Under the pieces are notes generated by a model. That model worked only from the letters and a program-made list of their open reading frames with translations. It was not told the origin of the DNA and searched no databases. The translations under genes were made by a program, and so were the position numbers. 64,000 bases of DNA, taken from the NCBI RefSeq assembly GCF_030028105.1, contig NC_092387.1, forward strand, positions 50,973,590 to 51,037,589, read 5' to 3'. The DNA comes from Mobula birostris. Its lineage: Eukaryota. Below, one piece after another: positions 51,941-63,654 of this stretch. How positions within the stretch are numbered: position 1 is the stretch's first letter; each line of letters begins with the position of its first letter.

Positions 51941-52448
51941 TATCTCTCTCTCCCTCTGTCCCTCCCCCTCCATCCATCCATCCATCCATCCCATAGGATG
52001 ATGATGTTTCCTTTCAGTCAGTTAGTGGCGTTGACCCTACTCCTCAGAAAGGAACACTGTGTGCGTGAATGGATTTTAGGTGAGTAGGGGGTTGCACAGG
52101 TCCAGACCCACCCTCTCGACATCCCCTCCCGGATCCAGCTGCATGGTGGGGTCCAAGATGGCTGGGGAAAGTTCTGTTGCAGTGAATGGCCAGACCAAGC
52201 TTCGATGCAAGGGATGCCCTTTCCGCACTTCACGGCACGTGTTTGCCAGATGGCCGTTGACCTTACGAGAGGGTTCATCTGTCCTTTGACAGGTCTTGTT
52301 TTTCATCCTGCAGGGTGTCTAGCCACTCTCCTCACCAGGCAAGCCTGGTGGGGGAGCCGGTTTAGTTACCGACCACCCGACCATGCGACCATGCGACAGG
52401 TAGTACTGGGTTACATGGTACCAGTAGCACTCAGGCGAGTGACCTGAC
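51941..52448 (-). mobile_element. Short non-coding retroposon, probably RTE-related
   Basis: 11-bp TSD ctttgtaacta at 51930-51940 and 52449-52459; (GGAT)n/(GA)n tail; CpG-retaining structured body. Confidence 0.7.
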
Positions 52449-54419
52449 CTTTGTAACTAGCCCCAAGAAGATAACAAGAAATGCCCAGTTGATGCTATGT
52501 ACTCTTCTGTTTGTGGCAAAGGTTGTGACTCCATTATATTCCTATTGCAAGAAACCAAGCTAGGAAGAACTCACCACATGAGGATGTTTTGGATGGATCC
52601 AATACACAGCACATTGCTTTGAAACTCCGATCCATTTTGCATTTTTAGTCAAGAGGTCTTGCTACTGAGTTCTGTCATTGCCATCACTTACGTCAAATCT
52701 TCAAATCTCAATGTATTTCACAATTCTTTATAAGAGAATGGAAACACTTCCATGTTTATAATGCCTTTCAATGAACTCTGAAATTACTAAGTACTTCATA
52801 ATCATTGAGGTACTAATAACGTGTAATAAATTTTGAAGTTTAGAAAAATCCAACAAGCAGATAGAACAGTGAATTGCAGGCCATTTTATAACCTTTTTTG
52901 CAATTTATTTTAATGATGCTAGTGGATGGATGCATATTAGACTAGGACATCCTAGATGCTGCCTGACTTACTGAGTTCCTCCATCATTTTATGTGTGTGT
53001 GTGTTGCTCTGGATTTCCAGCATCTGTAGAATCTCTTGTGGTCAATAAAAACCCTCTTTTTCAAACTAGTGCCATGAAATCTTGTTAATTTGGGAGTATG
53101 GACAGGACCTGATTTCTGAATGACAGAAATTCTGTGACAGCAGTGGACAACCTAGTAATTTTGCTTAATTCTCTAGCATGGGATTTAAAGGCACTGCTTT
53201 CTGCTTCAAGAGTGACAGTCATAGAAAAGTACAGTACAGGAACAGGCCCTTCAGCCCATCTAGTCCATGCCAAATCATTTAAAATGCCTACTCCCATCGA
53301 CCTGCACTGGGACCATAACCATCCATACACTTACCATCCATGTATCTATTCAAACTTCTCTTAATAGTTGAAATTGAGCTCAGATGCACCACTTGTGGTG
53401 GCAGCTCATTCCTGGCATTTTTCCTGTCAATTATTCTTTTTTTTAATGTGAGGAGTGAGTAATCTTCACTTTTGGCAGGCATTGTATAAATTGGGTAATG
53501 GAGAATAAAATGGGATTAGTGATTAATAGTTGGAGCAACCCAGGGGGTTTTGCCTCCATGCTGTGTGACACTGTTTATGCATAACCTGGACTGTGTGTGG
53601 AATAAACCTCGTTCTACCATATACGTTCTACATTTTCCAAACTCAAATGAGCATTCTGAGCTGCAAAGACTGCCAATCAAACATAGAATTTATGTTGAAA
53701 AGTTGGCCTTTGTGATTAATGTGATTAACACTTGGCATTGACAGGAAAGCCACAAGAGAGAGAAAAAGATTTTTTCCAGTGTATTCAGTCTCTTTTATCT
53801 TTGTTTTCTCAGTGTGTGCATTTCTGGCAGGGCCAAACTTTTATTAACAGCTACCGTTCACATTTCTCTTGCATTATCTAATATTCTATAAATCCTGCAC
53901 TGAGATTTTATTTACAAGCTCTTCCATATATGATGATGATTAATTAGAGAAACTTGTACAGAAAACTGACTGGCAGTTCGTTCTTTACAAATAGGACAAA
54001 TATGGTATAATTAACCTTTAAAGAGAAATGTTTTCCCCTCTTTTAACAGTCATAACTACCGTTTTGTAACTCAGTCATTAGTGATTAATATGGCCAAGTC
54101 GCACAGCTACATATCAACTAACTACTTTACAGTCCGTCATACACTATAAATTTTCTTGTGAAATGCACACAAAATGCCGATGAAGGGTTTTGGCCCAAGA
54201 TGTTGGCTGTTATTCCCTTTCATAGATGTTGCTTGACTAGCTAAGTTCCTTCAGCATTTTGTGTGTGTTGCTGTAGATTTCCAGCATTTGCAAAATCTCT
54301 TGTGTTTATAAATTTTCCTGTATCTTATTAACTCAAGACAAGTTGTATTTGACAAAAGTATTTGTTGCTACTGCCACTGTAATTTCCAAATATTGACAAG
54401 CATTTTGTTATGGCTTCAG

Positions 54420-54599
54420 ATTGAGCTCAACCACTCTGAGCTTGAGGATGCCCGCTGGTTCGATGCTGCAGAGATAGAGGAACCTTTAAAGCAGAAGCAG
54501 GTACCAAGCAAGAAAGAAATGGGTGAGATTGCGTTCTGGATCCCACCGCCCCAGGCTTTAGCACATCATCTAATCAAAGAATGGATGCAAAGGCACTAG
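54420..54599 (+). CDS. NUDT13: NUDT13 final coding exon
   Basis: IELNHSELEDARWF...FWIPPPQALAHHLIKEWMQRH*. Total CDS is 1011 nt (336 aa) and in frame across all exons. Confidence 0.95.
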   Translation: MELNHSELEDARWFDAAEIEEPLKQKQVPSKKEMGEIAFWIPPPQALAHHLIKEWMQRH

Positions 54600-55062
54600 C
54601 AGTCTTGAAATCTTGCAGATAATCAACTATTGGGATTGAATGGTGCACAGGTGCTGTTTCTTTGCACCATGTGTGATAGTTTATACAGTTCATGTACTAA
54701 TGAGGCAATTACAAAGAACAACTGCATTACATCAGACTATTTTCCACATTAAAGACCTTTATAAAGGGAGATATAATCAAGAATGCTTGTGTCCACTGGA
54801 GCTCCAGACAAATGAAGGAACAAGTAATTATTGTGGTGTATTCCTAATTATAAATGACAATCTCTGGCATTCAACCAGTGTTTCTGCTTTAAAGGGCTCA
54901 CCCTAAGATTCAAAGGATTTGATTTCATTTAAACCTAATTTTGATTACAAAAAATAATTTTAAGCCTTTCTTTGTGGAAAATTCTTTTCAGTTTTGGAGA
55001 TCCCCCTCCCATTTTTGATAGCCTGTATCAACTATTCCAAAAAAACCTCAGGGCTCATGTAA

Positions 55063-55177
55063 AATAAATCTTCACATCAACAGAAGTATCCCTGTTGAAG
55101 CATTTTGAAACAAAGTTTCAGTTAATCCTGTTCATTGTTAATCTGATTCATTAAAACATTTTACTTATGCTAATAAA
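55063..55177 (+). terminator. Candidate NUDT13 polyadenylation signals
   Basis: AATAAA at 55063-55068 and 55172-55177, downstream of the stop codon. Confidence 0.4.
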
Positions 55178-56820
55178 GTCTCTCTATTTTAAGTACTCCT
55201 AAACTAATTTATGATAATGATTACCATGAGAAATTGAGGATTACTGTAAATAGACTTTGATGAATGATACATTTTTAATGTTAATTACAGAGCTATTTCC
55301 TTACAGTTTTGTGCCCTATGAGTAATTTCTTATCACTAACAATGTCAAAAGGACCTCATAGCAATTTGTTTTTTTCACTTCATCTAAAGTTTGAATAAGT
55401 AAGGGATTAAACAACCCCAAGGCCGACACAAAGCCCTTCTGTTTGTCTTGTATAACTAGACAGTATTTAGTGTTTAAAATGATGAGTGCATAGAATTCAC
55501 AGTACACAGTGTGTCACAACTGTCAGGGTTCTTTCTACGCCCCAGTTACTGTACAAAAACAGTAATGAATTGAAATGGAATCATTTACTATTGACTGATG
55601 ATATAAGGTGAATGATGAGAAACAAAAGTGGAAAATGCTGGAAATACTCGGTATGTCAAGGTTCATCTGTGGGGAGAGAAACAGTAAAAAGGTTTGTAAA
55701 GCTGTTTGACAAACCCCTTCCCCCTCTCTCCTTGCAGTTTTCACCCTCTCATGTCCATCTACCACTGCAGGCTTACAAGCTTCTATTGACTCCTTTTAAG
55801 TTCTGACAAGGAGTCTGAAACATTGATGCTGTGTCTCTCTCCACAGATACAGCCTGACATACTGAGTGTTCCAGTAATTTCCATTTTTGTTTTAGATTTT
55901 CAGCATCTGCAGTGTTTTTTTTATTTTACATTGCAAGCTTGCAGGTAAAGGAAATGTGTGCTACAAATGAACAGAGCTATGTGGTATTTATGTGGAATAT
56001 TTGGAATTATAACAAACTGTTGCAAAATTTATTGTCTAGTATCTTGTACTTTTAATGGTACAGGAGGCCATTCAACTCTAGGCTAGCTTCTAGACAGGCA
56101 GCACCTACAGTCCTATTCCCTCTCTCATTTCCCTCTGTCACATGCATATAATTTCATAATGTCACAAAAGAATGTGCAAACTCTGCATCGGCAGTGCCCA
56201 TGATCAGGAACAAATCCACTCAATTGGAGCTGTTAATTATGCCATCGAGTTAGGTAGGTAATAAAAATTATGTCTTTGTAGGGGAATGCAACAGAAATAC
56301 TTATATTATTTTACACTTATTCTTATTTCTTATGTTGGTGCAATCAGTGAAGGGAAAGGTAAGTGTATCCCAGACTTCATGATTGTGACGACGTGAGGAT
56401 CTGATGTCAACAAAGGAATGGTGGGGTGGGGGGATGGAACACAAAGGAAAAGAGGGAACAGGGTTAGCTATGGAGTTGCAGTAGATTACAGAGGAAGAGC
56501 TGCAAAACGTGGGCGAAATTTGAAAGAAAGGTGTGGATTTCAAAATAGGTGAATTATTGCAAAACTGTTCAACCCATGACTTAATATCACTTCGATTCTC
56601 CTCTTATCTCAGGGCCTTGGAAATGTTTCTTTTTTATACATTTATCCTTTTTGATAATGTGGTATGCAGAAGAAAATCTTTTCGTACCAATTATTAAACG
56701 TGATTTTTCGTTACCAAGCCAGGTTAGAAATAGTTTCTTCACATAATTTTGAACATCTTTTAAAATAAAATGTCTCCTAAATCATTTCCATTCCAAGCAA
56801 AATGATCTTACTTAGCTTTA

Positions 56821-57418
56821 AAACGCTCTCTCCGCCAGAGAAAGCAGGATCTCCCAGTGGCCACACATTTTAATTCCACATCCCATTCCCATTCTGACAT
56901 GCCTATCCACGGCCCCCTCTACTGTAAAGATGAAGCCACACTCAGGTTGGAGGAACAACACCTTATATTCCGTCTGGGTAGCCTCCAACCTGATGGCATG
57001 AACATTGACTTCTCTAACTTCCACTAATGCCCCACCTCCCCCTCGTACCCCATCTGTTATTTATATACACACATTCTTTCTCTCACTCTCCTTTTTCTCC
57101 CTCTGTCCCTCTGACTATACCCCTTGCCCATCCTCTGGGTTTCCCTCCTTCTCACTTTTTCCTTCTCCCTGGGCCTCCTGTCCCATGATCCTCCCATATC
57201 CCCTTTGCCAATCACCTGTCCAGCTCTTGGCTCCATCCCTCCCCCTCCTGTCTTCTCCTATCATTTTGGATCTCTCCCTCCCCCTCCCACTTTCAAATCT
57301 CTTACTAACTCTTCCTTCAGTTAGTCCTGACGAAGGGTCTCGGCCCAAAACGTCGACTGTACCTCTTCCTAGAGATGCTGCCTGGCCTGCTGCATTCACC
57401 AGCAACTTTGATGTGTGC
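56821..57418 (+). mobile_element. Neptune-type PLE 3' fragment
   Basis: End of the endonuclease ORF and 3' repeat; hammerhead with GAAA>AAAA. TSD tacttagYttta at 56809-56820 and 57419-57430. Confidence 0.92.
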
Positions 57419-58162
57419 TACTTAGTTTTACTTGTCTCTTCACCTAACTGAAACCTTTTTCTCCCCTAAGAATTTAGGATTTGGCAGTTACCAACTTATA
57501 CACAACTACATTTCATTTTTAATTTCCTTGTATGGCTTTTTATATTTGGCTGCGTGTCGGGGCTTTGAACGTGATGAATGAAGAAGGTCAGTTGGCGTAA
57601 ATTTAATGGATTGTTGAAAATTGGTAGTTCCATTTCCAGAGCCTAAAAAATAACCTACTTCACCAGATCTCAGCCTGACAGCTCTGACACATGCTGGCAA
57701 AAGTATTTATGATGAAAATACACACAAAGTGCTGGAGGAACTCAGCAGATCAGGTAGCATCAATGAAGAGGAACAAAGAGCTGACATTTTGGGCCAAGAC
57801 CTGAAACGTTCCATGAAATCAATTTGTCAGACAAAAATGAATCTCTCGTTACTGGCCAGCATATGGGTGATTGATTTAAGAAGAAATTCTCTTTTGTTGT
57901 AAAGTTTTTCTTTAATAATTGGAGCTGGACATGTTGGCTATGCTTTCTTTGGATGCTGGATTCTCAATTCAGCCTTAAACAGGACACATACTTATCAACA
58001 GTGTGTGTTACAGTTAGTGGATGATATCTTGTGATTTAAATTTAGATATCACATGATATGATGTGTACAGTTTATTTAGAGATACAGCTCAGAATAGGGC
58101 CTTCCAGCCCAATGAGCTGTGCTGCCCAGCAACCCATCTATTTAACCATAGCTTAATCATAG

Positions 58163-58551
58163 TAGTAAGCAGCCATCGAACCCAGGGGATCATGGGTTTG
58201 TGCCTCTGGTGGACTGTGTCCTCTCCAGGACATAAGCCTGGGTGGGAAGATTTGAAGAACCGGCTGTTGCCCATGCAGCAGATTCCCTCTCCCCACGTCA
58301 CTGATGTAGTCCAAGGGAAGGGCAAGCGTCAATACAGCTAGCACCAGTGTTGTCGCAGAGGTTGCCAGAGTGAAGTAAACAACATCAAACTGTCTTAGGG
58401 ACCCTGGCTCCGGATTTCTTCCTCCCGAAGCCTTTTCCATGGGTGGATATGGCGGCAAGGCAGAGGAGGTTTTAAATCGGAGTTTTCTTTCTCCTAGAGG
58501 GGTTGCCGTCCAAGGCTGATGAGCCCCCCAGCTATGACAACCTTAGGAACC
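58163..58551 (-). mobile_element. Non-autonomous RTE-derived retroposon
   Basis: RTE-type 5' UTR motif ggcaacccctctaggagaaagaaaactc; perfect 13-bp TSD agcttaatcatag at 58150-58162 and 58552-58564. Confidence 0.75.
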
Positions 58552-59784
58552 AGCTTAATCATAGGATGATTTATAATGACCAATTAACACCATATTCTTA
58601 TTCATTTACAACAGGTGGTGGGTGCTGGCAAAATATTTAAAATAAATATGTTTAATAAAGATGTAAAATAAGAATATTTAAAACAAAATATTTAAAGATA
58701 AAAATAAAATAAAGAGCTAAACTATGAAGTTTGTACTTATTAGGAAAGTTAGAACAGACTTGGTTTATTTTCTCCTTTTAAAGGAGACTCCTGAAATGTT
58801 AAATGAGAAGAAATTGACAGGCTAGTTATAAATCAGTAGCTTTAACCTCAGCAAAACACCAACTATTTGAGGGACAGTATAAAATTTCATTTTGAAAGGC
58901 ACCTTGATCAAATGCAGCATGGATTTTCTAAGAACAGAATTTCCAGCTCTTCAATTTTTTGAAGGGTGAAGATGTGAATTGGAAGGTTGATGAGTGCAGT
59001 ATATTTGATGTAGTCTTTGTGGATTTTAGCAAGGCATTAGATAAGATGTCCAGGTGTAAAAAAAACAAACTAAAACCCAATGTGATTCAAACAAGATTAG
59101 ATAGAAGTTGGCTCAGTGATAGGAAACAAAGCAAAGATGACAATGAGGATATTTTTACCACTAGGAGATTATTACTATTGGGGCTCCACAAAGAGCTGTA
59201 TCAATCCCTTGCTTTTGTAGTATAAATAATTTAGACTGAAATGAAGAGGACATGATAAAGAAATTTACACAAGGTACAAAATCTGGTTTTGAGAAGAAAA
59301 GCTTTATCCACAACAAGATATGATGGTCTGGTCAATTGGACAGAAAACTGGTGTGGAGTTCAATCTAAAAGTATGGGAAGTAATACATTTTCGACAAAGC
59401 AAGAGAATACACAAAAAATGGAGAATACAGAGAGGTGTGAAGAATAGAAAGACCTCGGAGTGTATGAAAGAGATCATTAAAAATTGGATAAATTATTAGC
59501 AAAAGCATAGCATATAAGAGCAGAGATTATGCTAGAGTTTATACAATACTAATTGAACCATAATTTGAGTATTGCAAATACTTATAGTCATTGCATTTCA
59601 AGAATGATGCAAAATGTAGAAGACAGAAATAGAGTAGATATTTGAGAATACTGCAATGATGGAGAAATTGTGGCTGTGAGGAGATGAAACTATGAGATCT
59701 GGTCCAAAGTGATGAAGGATGTGGTTGCATTGGAGAGAGCATGGAGGACCTTCACCAGGATGTTGCCTGGATTGGAAGATGCTA

Positions 59785-60038
59785 ATCTTTTTATTCTTAA
59801 ACCCATTGTTCCTACTAGGGCGTAGGCTGCTAACAGCAGCTCACCAGAGTCCTGGGGCTGTTTCACAAGTTGTCTCTAAGTGTAGCCTATTTTAAGATTC
59901 TTCCTCTTCCAAGGACAAAGTCTTTGGAGCTTCTGCTGGCGTCTCTGCATTTCTATTTTTTTTCAGGATGGCATTGCCAGCCCTATGCCTAACCCTTCTC
60001 CTATTGCAGCCAGGCTTGGGGCCATCCATGGCAGAGCT
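59785..60038 (-). mobile_element. Bipartite non-autonomous RTE element with a 5' twister-ribozyme-like motif
   Basis: 5' agctctgccatggatggccccaagcctggctgcaataggagaagggttaggcatagggctggcaatgccatcctgaaaaa; 3' end gctgctgttagcagcctacgccctagtaggaacaatgggtttaag is typical of RTE; nested in a CR1. Confidence 0.75.
59988..60038 (-). ncRNA. Degenerate twister ribozyme (type P1)
   Basis: AG-CUCU-GCC-AUG-GAUGG-CCCC-AAG-CCUGG-CUGCAAUA-GGAG-AAGGG compared with the twister pattern AA-P2-GCC-NNN-GCCGG-UCCC-AAG-CCCGG-..-P2'-GAGGG. Confidence 0.65.
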
Positions 60039-60899
60039 GATTCCAGTAAAGAGGTGAAATGTGATAGCCTGAGCTTGTTTTCCTCGAGTAAAGAAGGCAG
60101 AAGAATGACCTGATAGAGAAACATAAAATCATAGGAGGTATGGGGTAGATAATTAGAAACTTTTCCTCGTGATAAGGTATTGAAAACAAGAGGTAGAGCA
60201 TCAACGTGATAGGAAGGAATTTTAATCAGGATTTGATGGGGAAGTAGTTTGCACAGATGATGGTTGATATCTGGAAGTCATTGCTGAAGAAAGCTTAGAT
60301 GGATGCCTAAATATACAAGGCATGGGAGGGTTTGGATCTTAGGCAGGTTAATGGGATTAACATAGTCATAGATGGTCAACAGGGCTTGCTTCCGGACTCT
60401 CCTCAATACCATAGAACTCTATGGCTCTTGACATGCGAACAATAGATCACATGCAGGATGGTGGGGTTAAGCTGAGTACTGTATCACTCCTTTGGCCAGC
60501 ACAAACCAAATGGGCCTTTAATTTTATAAGATGATTTTATAACCTGATTCAGTTTTTTTAAAATTAAGCAATAATTTGAAATCAAAACACGATATTTCTA
60601 TTCATTTTGAGTATATCTGGCTTAAGGACCCTGTTTAAAACAAACACCCAGAAATCGAGTAGAGAGAAAAAATTAATATATTTGAGATTAATGTGAAAAT
60701 GTGGGACTTGCTATCTAAAGGAGACAAATTGTATGGAAGAATTTGACAGGCATACACGCAGAGAAGTAGTGACCTGAGTTTATGCAAGGAAAGATTGGAA
60801 GAAGGTTGAAAGGAGAATAAACGGTGCTGGGTTGATTGTGCAGAATGACCTGTTTCTATGCTGTTCAGTTTATAAAATTACTCTGATGTACAATTGTAA

Positions 60900-61731
60900 G
60901 TTCCACCAAGAGGACCACAACCTTGTCGTGGTTTGGAGGCTTGTGTGCCTCAATGACCCGGAGAGCTATGTCAGCTGGAGTCAGGGCTTTATGCTTTGAC
61001 CCTTGGTAGGGTCGCCCATGCCAAAAGGTCAAAATATTCGTAAGGCCAGTGATGTTGTAGGGATGGAACTGGACTGTTTGACGGTGGTGTCTGAAAAGAG
61101 GACGCTGTCCAAGTTGCATGTCATCTTGGACAATGTCTCCCATCCACTACATAATGGACTGGTTGGGTACAGGAGTACATTCAGCCAGAGACTCATTCCA
61201 CCCAGATGCAACACTGAGTGTCATAGGAAGTCATTTCTGCCTGTGGCCATCAAACTTTACAACTCCTCCCTTGGAGGGTCAGACACCCTGAGCCAATAGG
61301 CTGGTCCTGGACATTTCCTGGCATAATTTACATATTACTATTTAATTATTTATGGTTTATTACTATTTAATTATTTATGGTGCAACTGTAACGAAAACCA
61401 ATTTCCCTCGGGATCAATAAAGTATGACTATGATTATAACTATGACTATAGAGGACAGACTAAGAGTGGTCCACCGGTCCTCCAGGTTTGGGGGTCCATC
61501 TTAGGGCTAACAACCCTGACTGGTAAAACAAAATCGTTACGGAAACAGCAATGAAGAATTCTTCTACATCTGAGTGCGACGGTATTCCTGAGTATCCACC
61601 TGGGACTTGCATGACTGACAGTAGTGAAGACCGAGAGGAAGCTACTGACACGATGAAGGAAGCCCTGAACACCGCCAGAAATGAAGGACCTTCATTGCTG
61701 CCCTAAACGTCGGTGGCATAACTGTCAGTAA
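60900..61731 (+). mobile_element. Non-autonomous RTE (Expander/BovB-like ends) with a nested Rex1/Babar fragment (about 61034-61449)
   Basis: 5' accacaaccttgtcgtggtttggaggcttgtgtgcctcaatgac; ggtcctccagg..gggctaacaaccc motif; agtaagta tail; TSD gtacaattgYaa at 60888-60899 and 61732-61743. Nested ORF DNVSHPLH..CNTECHRKSFLPVAIKLYN. Confidence 0.8.
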
Positions 61732-62347
61732 GTACAATTGCAAACTGAGCCCGCCGTAGTGTTAATATTGATGTGCCCACTTTGACTCCCCAAACACAAA
61801 CATGGAGCCTCTTCAGGAAAATCCACATCGTTTCCACAACGTAAGACGCTGGCGCTGCCATTCTATGAGAAATTTTGATATGGTTCTTATTATCATTTCC
61901 TTTCGTCACGCCCTTTTCTAATTGTAATTTAATCACTCCATCTATTTACCTGTCTGAGTCGTGCTTATTTCTATATGAAGTATCATCTTTCATGGTGTCA
62001 GGGACTCCTCAACTAAGTAAACATTTTGAACCCTGAGAATTAGAAAGACACCAAACAAATTAGATATTTTCTCTTTGAATTTTGATTTAAGGACACTCGT
62101 AAAATAATATAATCCACCATTTCCTGTGCCTAATTTTGAACATCGGACATTCTATTTTTGATTTACAGAATATTTTTTCTGTATTTCTATCCAGGGGCAT
62201 TGGGTATATCCCGTAAATCATTAACTGTTGTGGGAATAAAGGTCTGTGGGGAGAATTCAACCTGGCTCCCTCCACAGTTTAATTGCCCGTGGTTAATTTT
62301 TAATTTGACTCGGGTTGGACTTCCCGCCCCAGGTCCCATTCATTGGG

Positions 62348-62512
62348 ATGGCGGTCCCGGGACCAGAAGGTTTGCGAAAGTGGCTCCAATGCGGCTGCTG
62401 GCTGTCAGCCTGTGTTCTCTACACTGCCTGTTCTGCGTTTTTCGAGTTCTTCAGTAGGATCTTCATTAACCAGTACCGCTTCACCTTCCCCGCCTTCATT
62501 GTCCTCTGTCAG
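62348..62512 (+). CDS. First coding exon of an SLC35D-like nucleotide-sugar transporter (gene continues beyond the window)
   Basis: Strong Kozak gggATGg. MAVPGPEGLRKWLQCGCWLSACVLYTACSAFFEFFSRIFINQYRFTFPAFIVLCQ resembles the SLC35 TM1-loop-TM2 pattern (Y..cS....n+.....y.F.fp......Q). Donor CAG|GTGAGC; CpG-rich context. Confidence 0.65.
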
Positions 62513-63654
62513 GTGAGCGAACCCGGGTCTATGCATGCATCCTGGGATTTGTAATCCAGCAGTTGGATAACTTGCTCTGTTGCCGGAACAAGTGTCTCAG
62601 TCTGAGGACTACAACTCCCAACATCTTCAGCAATGTATTTAATATATCGAGTTTAATGACGCTTGATCCATCAAATAGATAAATATCTGCAACGGGGCTT
62701 GAAACTATTGTTTTAAGCGCGACATCACGTGTTTGAACACGAGTTAAGTAACTTGGAGATGAGAGGAGTTAGCGTGATCTTTAATTCGAGTCCGATGGTT
62801 GGACATTTAACTCTGTAGGGTTGAATACAGAATCCAAGAGAGCGTGGGTCGTACTGCGTAGGACCTGATGTTAGTGGTAATATATTTTTATGTATCTGCA
62901 ATTGAAATAAATTATTTCATTAAAAAAAACAACTGATATCCCCAAATTGGAGGGTGTGCGTTGGACTCTTTCGGGACAGAGTAGTTGAACCGAGAGCCTG
63001 CCTGCTTTCCCGATTAGTATAAAATATTTTGAAGGAGAAAATAAGATGCTGGAGGATCTTCGCAGGCCAGCAGGTTTTGTGGAAGGAAATTGACATTTGA
63101 CGCTTCCGGTCAAGACCTTGATCTCAACCCCAAATAACCCCTGTCCATTCCCCCCCCCCCCCCCCCCACAGACGCTGCCTGACCTACAGATTGTTTGCAG
63201 CTCTAGATTCCAGCAGCTACAGTCTCTTGTATTGTCAGTATTTTGGAGACTAGGGAAGTTCGCCCCATTGCCTTAAGCAATATTTACACTTCACTCAACA
63301 TTACTCATGCAAGTCATCTGTTCATTATTACATTGCCCTCTGTGTATAAAATAGCTGTTTCCTGCATGGCAATAGTTTCTCTGCATGCATTATCTGTAAA
63401 GTACTTTGGGACTGTCCTTCAGTGACTAGACTCCAACAACATTCAGGATACTTAGCTCCCTCCGTGACACAGCAATCCACTTCACTTGTACCCAATCCAT
63501 TAGGGTAAACATTCATACCCTCCATTACTGATGCACAGTGGGTGGATCAAGATTAGCTCCCTAAATCCATACATCTTTGGAACGTAGGAGGAAACTGGAG
63601 CACCCAGAGGAAACCTACACTGTAATGGGAAGAACATAACACACTCCTTCCAGA

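Larger units (their letters stand above)
58890..60425 (+). mobile_element. Old CR1 LINE relic
   Basis: FDVVFVDFSKALDK..WLSDRKQ (ORF at 58959) and decayed downstream RT and 3' end. Confidence 0.8.

Noticed and set aside
60900-60970. Canonical HDV-like ribozyme
   Set aside because: Too few nucleotides between the P1 strands to place P2, P3 and a 7-nt L3; kept only as an unassigned structure.
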